A stretch of DNA of 64,000 bases from Promethearchaeota archaeon (GTDB lineage: Archaea > Asgardarchaeota > Lokiarchaeia > Sigyniarchaeales > SOKP01): NCBI GenBank assembly GCA_019058245.1, contig JAHPZJ010000017.1, forward strand, positions 11,134 through 75,133. Reading direction: 5' to 3'. How positions within the stretch are numbered: the stretch's first letter is position 1; every line of letters begins with the position of its first letter. The translations under genes were made by a program, and so were the position numbers. This document shows, one piece after another, positions 21,347 through 30,652 of the stretch. The notes beneath the pieces were generated by a model that was not told the origin of the DNA, did no database searches, and saw only the letters and a list, made by a program, of their open reading frames with translations.

Positions 21347-22543
21347 ATGGAAGAAATGATTGAAAAAGCGAAAGAACATTTTGAGAATCTCGTAAAAGAA
21401 CAACTTGAACGAGTAGAGCGAATGAAACAAGCAGAAGATTGGCTAGATTATTCCAAGTTAAAACCAATTATAATTGGAGTTGCTGGAGGAGATGGAATTG
21501 GTCCGGAGATTACAAAACATGCACGGAAAATTATGGAATTTGTTTTAAAAGAGGAAATTGAAAATAAGAGTGTTGAGATAAGAGATATTGTTGGATTAAC
21601 GATTGAAAATAGAGCAAAACATATGAAGGCGATCCCAGATGATGTTCTTGAACAATTAAAGAAATGTCATGTTATATTGAAAGGTCCTACATTAACCCCT
21701 CGCAAGGGCGACCAATGGCCTAATATCGAAAGTGCAAATGTAACAATGAGAAGGGAATTGGATCTCTTCGCAAATGTTCGCCCAGTCAAGGTTCCAGAAT
21801 TAGGAATAGACTGGATGTTCTTCAGAGAAAATACAGAAGGTGCATATGTTTTAGGTTCTAAAGGGATTAATATTTCAGAGGATTTATCAATAGATTTTAA
21901 GGTAATAACTAAACAGGGTTCCGATAGAATCATACGTCTGGCTTTTGATTATGCTGCAAAAAATAATATAAATCGGGTTTCAGTGGTAACTAAAGCTAAT
22001 GTTGTAAAAGCAACTGATGGTAGATTCCTTGCTATGGCAGAAGAAATCGCTAAAGAATATCCACAAGTGAAATGGGATGATTGGTATATTGATATTGCCA
22101 CTGCGAAATTAGTAGATCCCGCTCGTCAAAGTGATTTCAAAGTTTTTGTTGCTCCAAATCTGTATGGTGATATTATAACTGATGAAGCTGCTCAAATTCA
22201 AGGTGGTGTAGGGACTGCTGGTAGTGCAAATATTGGGAAACGCTATTCAATGTTTGAAGCTATTCATGGTACTGCTCCTAGAATGGTCGAAACTGGGCGT
22301 ACAAAATATGCCGATCCTTCAAGCATAATAAAAGCAGCAGCATTATTAATTAATCATATCGGATTTGTTGAAAAAGCTAAGAAACTTGAAAAGGCTCTAG
22401 ACATATGCGCTACTTACGAAGCGAAGCTAAAAATGACGGGGAGAGATACTGGTGCTACTGGTGAAGAATTTGCAAAATATATTATGGAAACAATCCAAGA
22501 TCCTAATCTCGAAAAACGATTTGAAGAATTTGCTAAAAATTAG
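21347..22543 (+). CDS. icd: Isocitrate/isopropylmalate dehydrogenase family, probably isocitrate dehydrogenase
   Basis: GDGIGPEI, SANVTMRRELDLFANVRP, RENTEG, NLYGDIITD and FEAIHGTAP; follows the ACL genes. Confidence 0.8.
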   Translation: MEEMIEKAKEHFENLVKEQLERVERMKQAEDWLDYSKLKPIIIGVAGGDGIGPEITKHARKIMEFVLKEEIENKSVEIRDIVGLTIENRAKHMKAIPDDVLEQLKKCHVILKGPTLTPRKGDQWPNIESANVTMRRELDLFANVRPVKVPELGIDWMFFRENTEGAYVLGSKGINISEDLSIDFKVITKQGSDRIIRLAFDYAAKNNINRVSVVTKANVVKATDGRFLAMAEEIAKEYPQVKWDDWYIDIATAKLVDPARQSDFKVFVAPNLYGDIITDEAAQIQGGVGTAGSANIGKRYSMFEAIHGTAPRMVETGRTKYADPSSIIKAAALLINHIGFVEKAKKLEKALDICATYEAKLKMTGRDTGATGEEFAKYIMETIQDPNLEKRFEEFAKN

Positions 22544-22682
22544 TTAAAAGGAAATTAAATTCACTTTTTTTTATTTTTTTAAAATAATAATTTCTTATAA
22601 TCAGTTTAGAGTTAATGACAATTTTTTAGAAAGACAAATACAACTCATAAAATTTAAATCTTTCAAAAATATTTTTAGAATA

Positions 22683-22704
22683 GACATGTAAATGTTCGAC
22701 ATAT
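22683..22704. promoter_or_regulatory. Putative PadR operator 1 (GACATGTAAATGTTCGACATAT), directly upstream of a TATA-like box
   Basis: ATGT-N9-ACAT inverted repeat; 19/22 identical to the site at 23369. Confidence 0.7.
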
Positions 22705-22738
22705 ATTATATTCCAAGAATAATTAAACTTAATAAATA

Positions 22739-23284
22739 ATGAGCAAAGAAAAATTTGTTGAAGCTCTTGATCATTCAATGAAAAGGGGGTTCGTTAGCTT
22801 CCTTATTTTACTGGCTCTTGAGGCAGAACCTGCTAATGGTTATAAACTAATGAAAAAAATATCTGAAGATACTTATGGAGCATGGCGCCCAACCAATTCA
22901 ACAATGTATCCATATCTTTCCAATCTTTCTGAAAAAGGATTAATCCAGTATGATCTAAAGAAAACAGGGGAGAGAGAAAGCAAAGAGTATTCCCTTACAA
23001 TTAAAGGCAAAGGAGTCTTAAAAAAGTTAGTAGAAAAACAACGAGAAATGAGTTTGTCATTATTTGGTATGATGTCTACTGTTGTAGATGATGATGATAA
23101 CTCTATTTATCTGAAGGATCTTTTTAGCCAATCTATTTACGATACTATCCTATTTGATAAATCTAATGACGAAAAAATCGAAATCCTCACTAGACGGATT
23201 AATTTAATTGATTTTATATCAGAAATTCTTGAAAAAAGTAAAGTTGGAATGAAAAAAGAATTGAAAAAATTCAAATCTAAATGA
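22739..23284 (+). CDS. PadR-family transcriptional regulator
   Basis: NGYKLMKKI...GAWRPTNSTMYPYLSNLSEKGLI...KEYSLTIKG winged-helix signature. Confidence 0.88.
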   Translation: MSKEKFVEALDHSMKRGFVSFLILLALEAEPANGYKLMKKISEDTYGAWRPTNSTMYPYLSNLSEKGLIQYDLKKTGERESKEYSLTIKGKGVLKKLVEKQREMSLSLFGMMSTVVDDDDNSIYLKDLFSQSIYDTILFDKSNDEKIEILTRRINLIDFISEILEKSKVGMKKELKKFKSK

Positions 23285-23368
23285 TAATCAAAAATCTTAA
23301 AGTTAGATTTTAGAACATTCTAAATTTAAAAAAGGATACAAAACATTATATTCTTATGCCTAAAATTG

Positions 23369-23390
23369 GACATGTCAAATTTCGACATAT
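23369..23390. promoter_or_regulatory. Putative PadR operator 2 (GACATGTCAAATTTCGACATAT), abutting a TTTAAATA TATA box
   Basis: Perfect ATGTC-N7-GACAT palindrome upstream of the ABC transporter genes. Confidence 0.72.
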
Positions 23391-23567
23391 TTAAATATCG
23401 TGAATTCTTTTATAAAACAATTAAATTGTTCAATTTAATAATATTTTTCAAACTAAAAAATGAGTATTTAAGTTTGAACTATTTAATTTTTAAAAAAACT
23501 AAGGGATAAAAATATTATCCATACGAATATAAAAAATAATATAACAAAAAAATAAGAAAAAAAGAAG

Positions 23568-26500
23568 ATGGGCGTAATACTAAAACTCGCATTACGTAAT
23601 ATGAAACGACGTAAACTTCGATATATTTTAACAACAATTACACTTGTTATCAGTGTAGCATTATTTGGAGGTGTTCTTATTGTCTCAGATTCATTTCATG
23701 AGATGATGTTAAATACTTTTGATGAACAATTAGGTACTGCTGATATCTTAATCAGAACTGTTAATGGTACAGATAGTTGGTTTGATCCTGATGAAATTGA
23801 TTTTGAAATTAGAAATGTAGAACATGTTGAATCCGTAGCTTATCGGATTTCAGGGTTTAATATATTTGTTAGTTCTATTGATAATGGAACCCAAGCTAAT
23901 AATGGTATATCGACAGGAATTTACGGTATCAATCCTCAAAATAGAGATGAACAGAAATTGGGTGGGGCACCATATATCATAGATTCCATCAGCAGCGGTG
24001 AAACAATCGAAGAACTTCTTGATTACACTCATGAAATTACTGGAGATAAAGTAGTGGTTATTTCAGAATCATTAAAAATTCAATTAGGTGGAAATTTTAC
24101 TGTGAATAAAAGCATTTGGATCTATCCAAATGAAGGTATTTTAAAAGGATATCTTCCTAGTAATACAGGGACGTGGATTGAATACACTGTTGTAGCTATT
24201 ATACGTGATACTAGTGAGGGGCGTGATTTCGATCCAGAAGGTACATCAGCACCTTCAATAATGGGTATGGGCATAGGTCCTGGAATATTTGCTAATATTA
24301 ATAATACACATGAACTTGTTGATGGTACAGAAAATCATACTGGCGAATATACATTGGGTGTGGTTGGTGTTGACAATATATATAGAATTTCTTCTGTAGC
24401 AGAAAACATTGAAACTCAATTAATAGATCTCGATGATGAAAAAGATTGGGTTGTAAACGACTTGAAATCAGATAGTATTGAACAGATTGATACTTCAATG
24501 AGCATCATGCGTACGATGTTTACTATGTTTGGGATTATAGCGTTGATTCTATCAATAATTTTAATGATGAATATATTCAATATTATTAAAAAAGAACAGG
24601 AATATGAAACAGGGATGTTTCAGGCAATTGGAGCCTCAAAATCTGAAACCTTTAGGATGTTCTTAACCCAAGGGATTGTTATGGGGATAATTGGAACTTC
24701 AATAGGGACAATATTTTCTTATTTGATATCTTATGTAATAATGTCAGTTACATTCCAAAGTATAACAAATATTACATCTCACTTTGAAGGAGTAACAATT
24801 TCAAATTTTGAAATTATCTTATATCCAACGACTCTTATAATTACCTTTATAGCGGGGTTTATATCTTGTATTTTTGCTTCGCTTTATCCCAGTTGGAAAG
24901 CAAGTCGTAAACCTATTATAGAATGCTTAAATCCTATTGAAGAAAAGTCTAAAAGAGAAAAAAGACATTATTTAAAAAGAATTATATTTCTTATTTTAGG
25001 AGGATTACTTATCTACCTTGGTATTTTCCTTATGAGTTTTGACTCTGAATCTACATTTGAAGTACAATCTAATACAGAAGCTCTTGGAGGGGGAAGTATG
25101 GTTACTGGAATGTTTGGTCCTATTTTTATCTTATTTGGAATGATATGGATAATGGTACTCTGTATTAAACCACTTAATAGACTCTTTACATTTTTCTTTT
25201 CTCCCTACCTTCAAAAAACACGATTATTAACTGAAAAGAATATACTGAGACATCGAAGGAGAACTGCTTTAACTTTTATATTAATCACATTAACAACAAG
25301 TTTTTTAATTGGAATAAGTGTAATGATGGATTCGATGAGATCGGGTATAAATACCACTATTAATGATTTTATGGGTGGCGACATTCGATTTTTTACTTAT
25401 GGGACTCCTAGGATTTTTGAAGATGGAATAATAAATCAATCTGGAGTTGAGGATACAATGGGGACAAATTATCAAAATGCTCAGATTCAAATAGAAAATG
25501 AATTAATTGGACATAGCATGCTTGATGACGATTGGAATAAAACTATAACTATAAATATATTAGATACTACGAAAGTTAGGGAACATCTGACTAAATCAAT
25601 TATAATTTCCCCTGAAAAAATGACTCTTGACGAAATGATGGATGAAATTGAAGAGAGTAATAATATTATAATTGGTGAACAATTTGCTAATGAATATAAT
25701 GTTAAAGTAGGAGATCAATTACCTATTAATTTCTCGCTTGGTGTAAATTATGCAAATTTATCAGCATTCATCTCTATGAATGATTATAATGCAAATGAAG
25801 TTACTTTAGTAGTAAATATGAGTGTTGTTGCTATTGTCAGAAGTATTCAAGGATTTGTGAATTTAAACCTTTTTGGAATGAGTGAAGGAAAGACTTATAA
25901 TATGTATATCTCTTGGGAGGTCTATGAAGAAATTGCATCAAAAAATTTACCTGGTGGAGGAACTGACATGATTTTCAGACAATTACCTCAAACTGGTGAT
26001 CTCATGTGGGATTTATCTATGCCAAATTGGTTTAATTTTTCAACTGTTGAAACCATTATGAACAGTATTAACGGAATTGATTACTATACCACAAGAATGG
26101 ATTATAATACAACTACAGCTATAGGAATAGAAATAGACGATATGACATCAGTTGTTGGTATTCATACAAATTCAAATGGAAAATTAAAATCTGATTCATA
26201 TTTTGGAAATAATAGTCTTGTAGAACAACAAGTGGGCTATGAAGGATCAAATGTGGAAGATTTATTAAATAGAAACGAGAATGTATGCGTAGTCGATGAA
26301 ATATTTATTAAATCTCATCCTTCAGCTAAAATCGGAGAAAATATTAGTATTTATCCAATAGATTCTTCACCTCCACAACTATTTGAAATTATTGGAATAA
26401 TAAAAAACCCTACATTATATAATGCAGAGAAGTATTATTGGTTGGCTGGTTTTGAAAGTGGTTGTGATGTTATTGAACCCCAAGTCATTGAACACAAAGC

Positions 26501-27281
26501 CAATGGTTCGATTTATATAAATTATGAAAAAGCTAGAAATGTGGTATATCCAAATATGAAGGGATCGACTTATTCTGATGATAAAGTAACTTATATTCTA
26601 GTTCATTGTGAACATCCATTTAATATAACAACTTGCCAAGAAACACTTCAGCAGTATCTTTTTTCGGTAGGAGGATACTGGTCAATAGCGAATATTAAAA
26701 GCTTACAACTAGATATAAGGACTAATGTATATGATTGGTTTGTTTGGATAGAGGATGGAGTAAAAGATGAAGCTGTCTTACAAGAAGTAGCACAATTTAT
26801 ACACGATAGTGGATATCTTATAATATTTTCCTTCACAAGATCGTTTATAAATTCCACATTCAACACTTTATTAAATTTAATCGTTTTCATAACCAATGGC
26901 TTATTATTCTTATGTATAGTTATTGCAATGATAGGATTAACACTTCATAGTCTTCTAACAACTATGGCACGTAGAAGAGAAATCGGTATGCTTAGATCTA
27001 TAGGATTAAGTAAAAAAGGTGTTATACGTTCAATATCGGGAGAATCATTAATTTTAGCAATTTTAGGCTTATTTGGTGGTATTACTGCAGGTTTAACTCT
27101 TGGGTCATTGATGGTGAGTTCAATACCTGGAGGGGGTTTTCTTACTGTAACTTATACAGTTCCATGGTTAACGTTATTTATTTTAGTTTTGGTAGTATTA
27201 GCTACAGTAATTCTAAGTTCACGATATCCTGCAAAATGGGCCGCAAATTTGAATATAATAGATGCAGTGAGAACGAGGTAA
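23568..27281 (+). CDS. FtsX/MacB-like ABC transporter permease (fused double FtsX, large extracellular domains)
   Basis: ALRNMKRRKLR start; ETGMFQAIGA and RRREIGMLRSIG motifs; YPSWKASR and YPAKWAA ends. Confidence 0.88.
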   Translation: MGVILKLALRNMKRRKLRYILTTITLVISVALFGGVLIVSDSFHEMMLNTFDEQLGTADILIRTVNGTDSWFDPDEIDFEIRNVEHVESVAYRISGFNIFVSSIDNGTQANNGISTGIYGINPQNRDEQKLGGAPYIIDSISSGETIEELLDYTHEITGDKVVVISESLKIQLGGNFTVNKSIWIYPNEGILKGYLPSNTGTWIEYTVVAIIRDTSEGRDFDPEGTSAPSIMGMGIGPGIFANINNTHELVDGTENHTGEYTLGVVGVDNIYRISSVAENIETQLIDLDDEKDWVVNDLKSDSIEQIDTSMSIMRTMFTMFGIIALILSIILMMNIFNIIKKEQEYETGMFQAIGASKSETFRMFLTQGIVMGIIGTSIGTIFSYLISYVIMSVTFQSITNITSHFEGVTISNFEIILYPTTLIITFIAGFISCIFASLYPSWKASRKPIIECLNPIEEKSKREKRHYLKRIIFLILGGLLIYLGIFLMSFDSESTFEVQSNTEALGGGSMVTGMFGPIFILFGMIWIMVLCIKPLNRLFTFFFSPYLQKTRLLTEKNILRHRRRTALTFILITLTTSFLIGISVMMDSMRSGINTTINDFMGGDIRFFTYGTPRIFEDGIINQSGVEDTMGTNYQNAQIQIENELIGHSMLDDDWNKTITINILDTTKVREHLTKSIIISPEKMTLDEMMDEIEESNNIIIGEQFANEYNVKVGDQLPINFSLGVNYANLSAFISMNDYNANEVTLVVNMSVVAIVRSIQGFVNLNLFGMSEGKTYNMYISWEVYEEIASKNLPGGGTDMIFRQLPQTGDLMWDLSMPNWFNFSTVETIMNSINGIDYYTTRMDYNTTTAIGIEIDDMTSVVGIHTNSNGKLKSDSYFGNNSLVEQQVGYEGSNVEDLLNRNENVCVVDEIFIKSHPSAKIGENISIYPIDSSPPQLFEIIGIIKNPTLYNAEKYYWLAGFESGCDVIEPQVIEHKANGSIYINYEKARNVVYPNMKGSTYSDDKVTYILVHCEHPFNITTCQETLQQYLFSVGGYWSIANIKSLQLDIRTNVYDWFVWIEDGVKDEAVLQEVAQFIHDSGYLIIFSFTRSFINSTFNTLLNLIVFITNGLLFLCIVIAMIGLTLHSLLTTMARRREIGMLRSIGLSKKGVIRSISGESLILAILGLFGGITAGLTLGSLMVSSIPGGGFLTVTYTVPWLTLFILVLVVLATVILSSRYPAKWAANLNIIDAVRTR

Positions 27282-27302
27282 TTTAAATTAAATTAAGAAG
27301 AG

Positions 27303-28112
27303 GTGTTAAAAATATCAATTAAAAAGAAAAAAGTAAGAATGAATAAGGAACAAAAATCTACAGCAAAAGCTGTTAATATTGATCTGGGAATAGTACTTGA
27401 TGTGCACGATCTTATTAAGACTTATACTGTGGGGAATTCAGTAATCACAGCACTTAATAAAGTCAACCTTACAGTTAGAAAAGGTGAATTTATCGCAATC
27501 GTAGGACCATCTGGTTCAGGAAAAACAACCTTAATAAATTGTTTAGGTGCTCTCGATTTCCCAGACTCTGGTAAGATCATTTACAACGTTGATGCTAAAG
27601 GAATGGGCCTTGATATTACTGAAATGACAAATAAGCAACATAAAAAAATGCGATTAAGAAAGATTGGATTAATATTCCAATTCTACAATCTTTTTCCTAT
27701 CCTAACAGCTTATGAGAATGTTGAGCTTCCTATGATAATTGACAAAAAAGATCCTAAATCAAGAGAAGAAAAGGTTAAAACTCTATTAAAAAGAATAGGT
27801 CTTGAGAAACGTATGGAACATTTACCTACCCAAATGTCTGGTGGAGAACAACAGAGAGTTACAATAGCTAGAGCTCTGGTTAACGAGCCTCTAATTATTC
27901 TTGCTGATGAACCTACTGGTGAATTAGATACTGAAACAACTACAAATATAATGAAAATCTTCCTTGATTTAAAGAACGCTGGCGAGTCTATTTTAATGGT
28001 CACACATAATATAAGGATAGCAGAAGTAGCAGATCGGATTATCACTCTTACTGATGGTCAATTTACAGGAGAAAAAGCTGGTGGAAAATCAATTGAAGGT
28101 ATTTACAAATAA
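27303..28112 (+). CDS. ABC transporter ATP-binding protein (LolD/MacB family); start uncertain (ATA 27312 or ATG 27339)
   Basis: [32 protein letters not shown] and VTH. Confidence 0.92.
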   Translation: MLKISIKKKKVRMNKEQKSTAKAVNIDLGIVLDVHDLIKTYTVGNSVITALNKVNLTVRKGEFIAIVGPSGSGKTTLINCLGALDFPDSGKIIYNVDAKGMGLDITEMTNKQHKKMRLRKIGLIFQFYNLFPILTAYENVELPMIIDKKDPKSREEKVKTLLKRIGLEKRMEHLPTQMSGGEQQRVTIARALVNEPLIILADEPTGELDTETTTNIMKIFLDLKNAGESILMVTHNIRIAEVADRIITLTDGQFTGEKAGGKSIEGIYK

Positions 28113-28131
28113 TACAATAGAGGTTTAAAAA

Positions 28132-28890
28132 ATGAAAAAATCAAAACAGAGTAAAGAATCGGTTTCAGTAATTCAAGAAACAATTAATTATGAATTAGAA
28201 CCAGAAGCAATAATCCAAACATTTGATTTAGCTAAAATATACAACATTACTGAAGGTATTGAAATAAGAGCATTAAATGGGGTAAGTATTAGCATTAAAA
28301 AAGGTGAATTTGTATCTGTTATGGGTCCCTCTGGGTCTGGAAAAACAACACTTCTAAACATGATTGGTGCTCTTGATAATCCTTCGCATGGTGCCGTATT
28401 TATAAATGGGACGAATGTAGCTCATATGGATGATGAACGGCGTACAGAATTAAGACTTAAAGAGATAGGATTTATTTTTCAGTTCTATAATTTAGTACCT
28501 GTACTTTCTGCTTATGAAAATGTAGAACTTCCAATGGTATTTGCAGGGAGACCTAAACAAAAAATAGAAGAAAATGTTAATAAATTTCTAGAGCTCGTAG
28601 GATTAAGTGATAAAAAGGATCATTTACCTTCAGAACTTTCAGGAGGAGAACAGCAGAGAGTTGCAATTGCGCGTGCATTATGTAATGAACCTTCTATTTT
28701 AATAGCTGACGAGCCAACAGGCGAACTTGATACGAGAATGGGTATGGAAATTGTTAATTTACTTCGAGAACTTAATAAGGAGCTTAATCAATCCATCTTA
28801 ATGGTTACTCACGATCCTATGATCGGTGCTCTTGCGGAAAGAATGCTAAAAATGAGAGATGGAAAAATAATCGAGATTATAACTAAATAA
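28132..28890 (+). CDS. ABC transporter ATP-binding protein (LolD/MacB family), second copy
   Basis: [32 protein letters not shown] and VTHD. Confidence 0.93.
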   Translation: MKKSKQSKESVSVIQETINYELEPEAIIQTFDLAKIYNITEGIEIRALNGVSISIKKGEFVSVMGPSGSGKTTLLNMIGALDNPSHGAVFINGTNVAHMDDERRTELRLKEIGFIFQFYNLVPVLSAYENVELPMVFAGRPKQKIEENVNKFLELVGLSDKKDHLPSELSGGEQQRVAIARALCNEPSILIADEPTGELDTRMGMEIVNLLRELNKELNQSILMVTHDPMIGALAERMLKMRDGKIIEIITK

Positions 28891-28901
28891 GAACAGAATT
28901 A

Positions 28902-28910
28902 TTTTTTTTT
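28902..28910 (+). terminator. Oligo-T archaeal-type terminator
   Basis: T9 run 11 nt after the ABC ATPase stop codon. Confidence 0.45.
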
Positions 28911-28995
28911 ATTTTCAACTTTTATTTAAAATTTAAGTGTAAATAAGTATTCTAATTATTTGATTTATATCATTTCTTCCTTAAAGTGATTTAAA

Positions 28996-30243
28996 ATGCA
29001 AGAAAAAATTATTAAAGACAGTACATTAGAAAAGATGGCTTTAGAAAATGTCTTCAAAATATTTAATAGCAATATTTATCCAATGCTAAAAGATGAAGAT
29101 ATTCAGTTTTGTGAAGAGTTAGAGAATTTTTGTCTAGAACTTCATCCTAAAATCGATAAGAATCAAGATGTTTATAGTTTAATGCCAGAGCTTGGTAAAT
29201 ATGGATATATACAGCGTATAAATCAATACAAAGATTTTACACCCTTTGGTATTAAGAAGGAAGTACTCTTAGCTGCTATAATGTCTATTTGTGATCCTCA
29301 ATTAGAATTCGCTCGAATAGCAAGTGGAAATCTTTGTGGGAACCCTACCTTTCATCATGGGAAAACAGAAGAGATTTTTAAGGTACAAGAAGAACTTATG
29401 ACAGGAAAAGCAATAGGGAGTATTTGTATTACTGAACCTGATAGAGGATCCGATGCAGTGAATTTAAATACAATTTGTACTAAGACGGATGATGGAATTA
29501 TCTTTAATGGTAAAAAAGTATTCACTACTAATGGTCCTAAATCAAAATACTTCGTTAGTTATGGTGTTTATGATACTAAAAATCCCAGAGATACAATGGT
29601 TCAAGGGATGGTCTCTAGAGATTTTGGAGGTTTAGAAACAAAAAGATTAAAGATTAATTCAGTTCCTCGTGTTCATATTTCTCATACTATATTAGATAAT
29701 GTAAGGGTACCCATGGAATATATTTTAGGTGATAATGGAGATGGATATCATAATCTTTTTGATGGATTAGTACCAGAGCGTTTAGGGTTAATGGGAAGTG
29801 CTCTTGGTAGATGTTGGTCAGCATTAATTTATGGCTTAATTTATACTAATCTCCGAAAACAATTTGGGAGACCTATTATACAACACCAAGGAGTAGGATT
29901 TGGATTGGCTGACCTATTGGCAAAAAATACTGCTGCTGCTTCATTAGCTTTACAAGCAGCGACAATTTATGATGATAAAATATTATTTGCTGAGAATCCT
30001 TCAAAAGAAGCAGAAAAATGGATTGCTAGTGTATCTTCTCAAGGAAAATATTTTGTATCAAAACTCTCACACGAAACTTGCTATGAAGTCCAACAACAAA
30101 TGGGAGGTATTTCGATTACAGATAACACCCCCTTGGATGAATTAATAGATGTAAGTAAAACTGAAGAATTTATTGGGGGTGCTAGAAATATACAATTACT
30201 TATTATTCAGGGGAGACTTCGAAGAATAATGAATGATCTTTAA
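28996..30243 (+). CDS. Acyl-CoA dehydrogenase family protein
   Basis: CITEPDRGSDA, FNGKKVFTTNG, RKQFGRPI and QQQMGG motifs. Confidence 0.88.
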   Translation: MQEKIIKDSTLEKMALENVFKIFNSNIYPMLKDEDIQFCEELENFCLELHPKIDKNQDVYSLMPELGKYGYIQRINQYKDFTPFGIKKEVLLAAIMSICDPQLEFARIASGNLCGNPTFHHGKTEEIFKVQEELMTGKAIGSICITEPDRGSDAVNLNTICTKTDDGIIFNGKKVFTTNGPKSKYFVSYGVYDTKNPRDTMVQGMVSRDFGGLETKRLKINSVPRVHISHTILDNVRVPMEYILGDNGDGYHNLFDGLVPERLGLMGSALGRCWSALIYGLIYTNLRKQFGRPIIQHQGVGFGLADLLAKNTAAASLALQAATIYDDKILFAENPSKEAEKWIASVSSQGKYFVSKLSHETCYEVQQQMGGISITDNTPLDELIDVSKTEEFIGGARNIQLLIIQGRLRRIMNDL

Positions 30244-30652
30244 TAAATAACTTTTTTAATTTTCTTTCTAAAAATAGTAAAACCTTTGGATATAAAATAA
30301 TATTTTGAGTTTTCGACTATAATAAATCGTCCTAAATTATCTTAATAATCTCTTATGAGCTTAAAATTGGTTTTATTGTTGAAAATTCTGTAAAAATATG
30401 ATATGGTAAAATGTCTAACCCCCAAATCACTAAGATGAAAATTTGCATAGTTATTTATTAAACTTAAAGTTAAAAAGTGCTTTTTTCTTGAGTTCTATAA
30501 AATTCTTTAAAATATTTTCCCTTTTAATAAATACATATGCTTAAAAATGAATTTTTTTATATTAATCATAGTTAATTTTTCCTTACTTAGATACTTTATC
30601 TGCTTTAAATCTAAAGGTAAATATTTCTAATATATTAAGGATGGATTGAATA

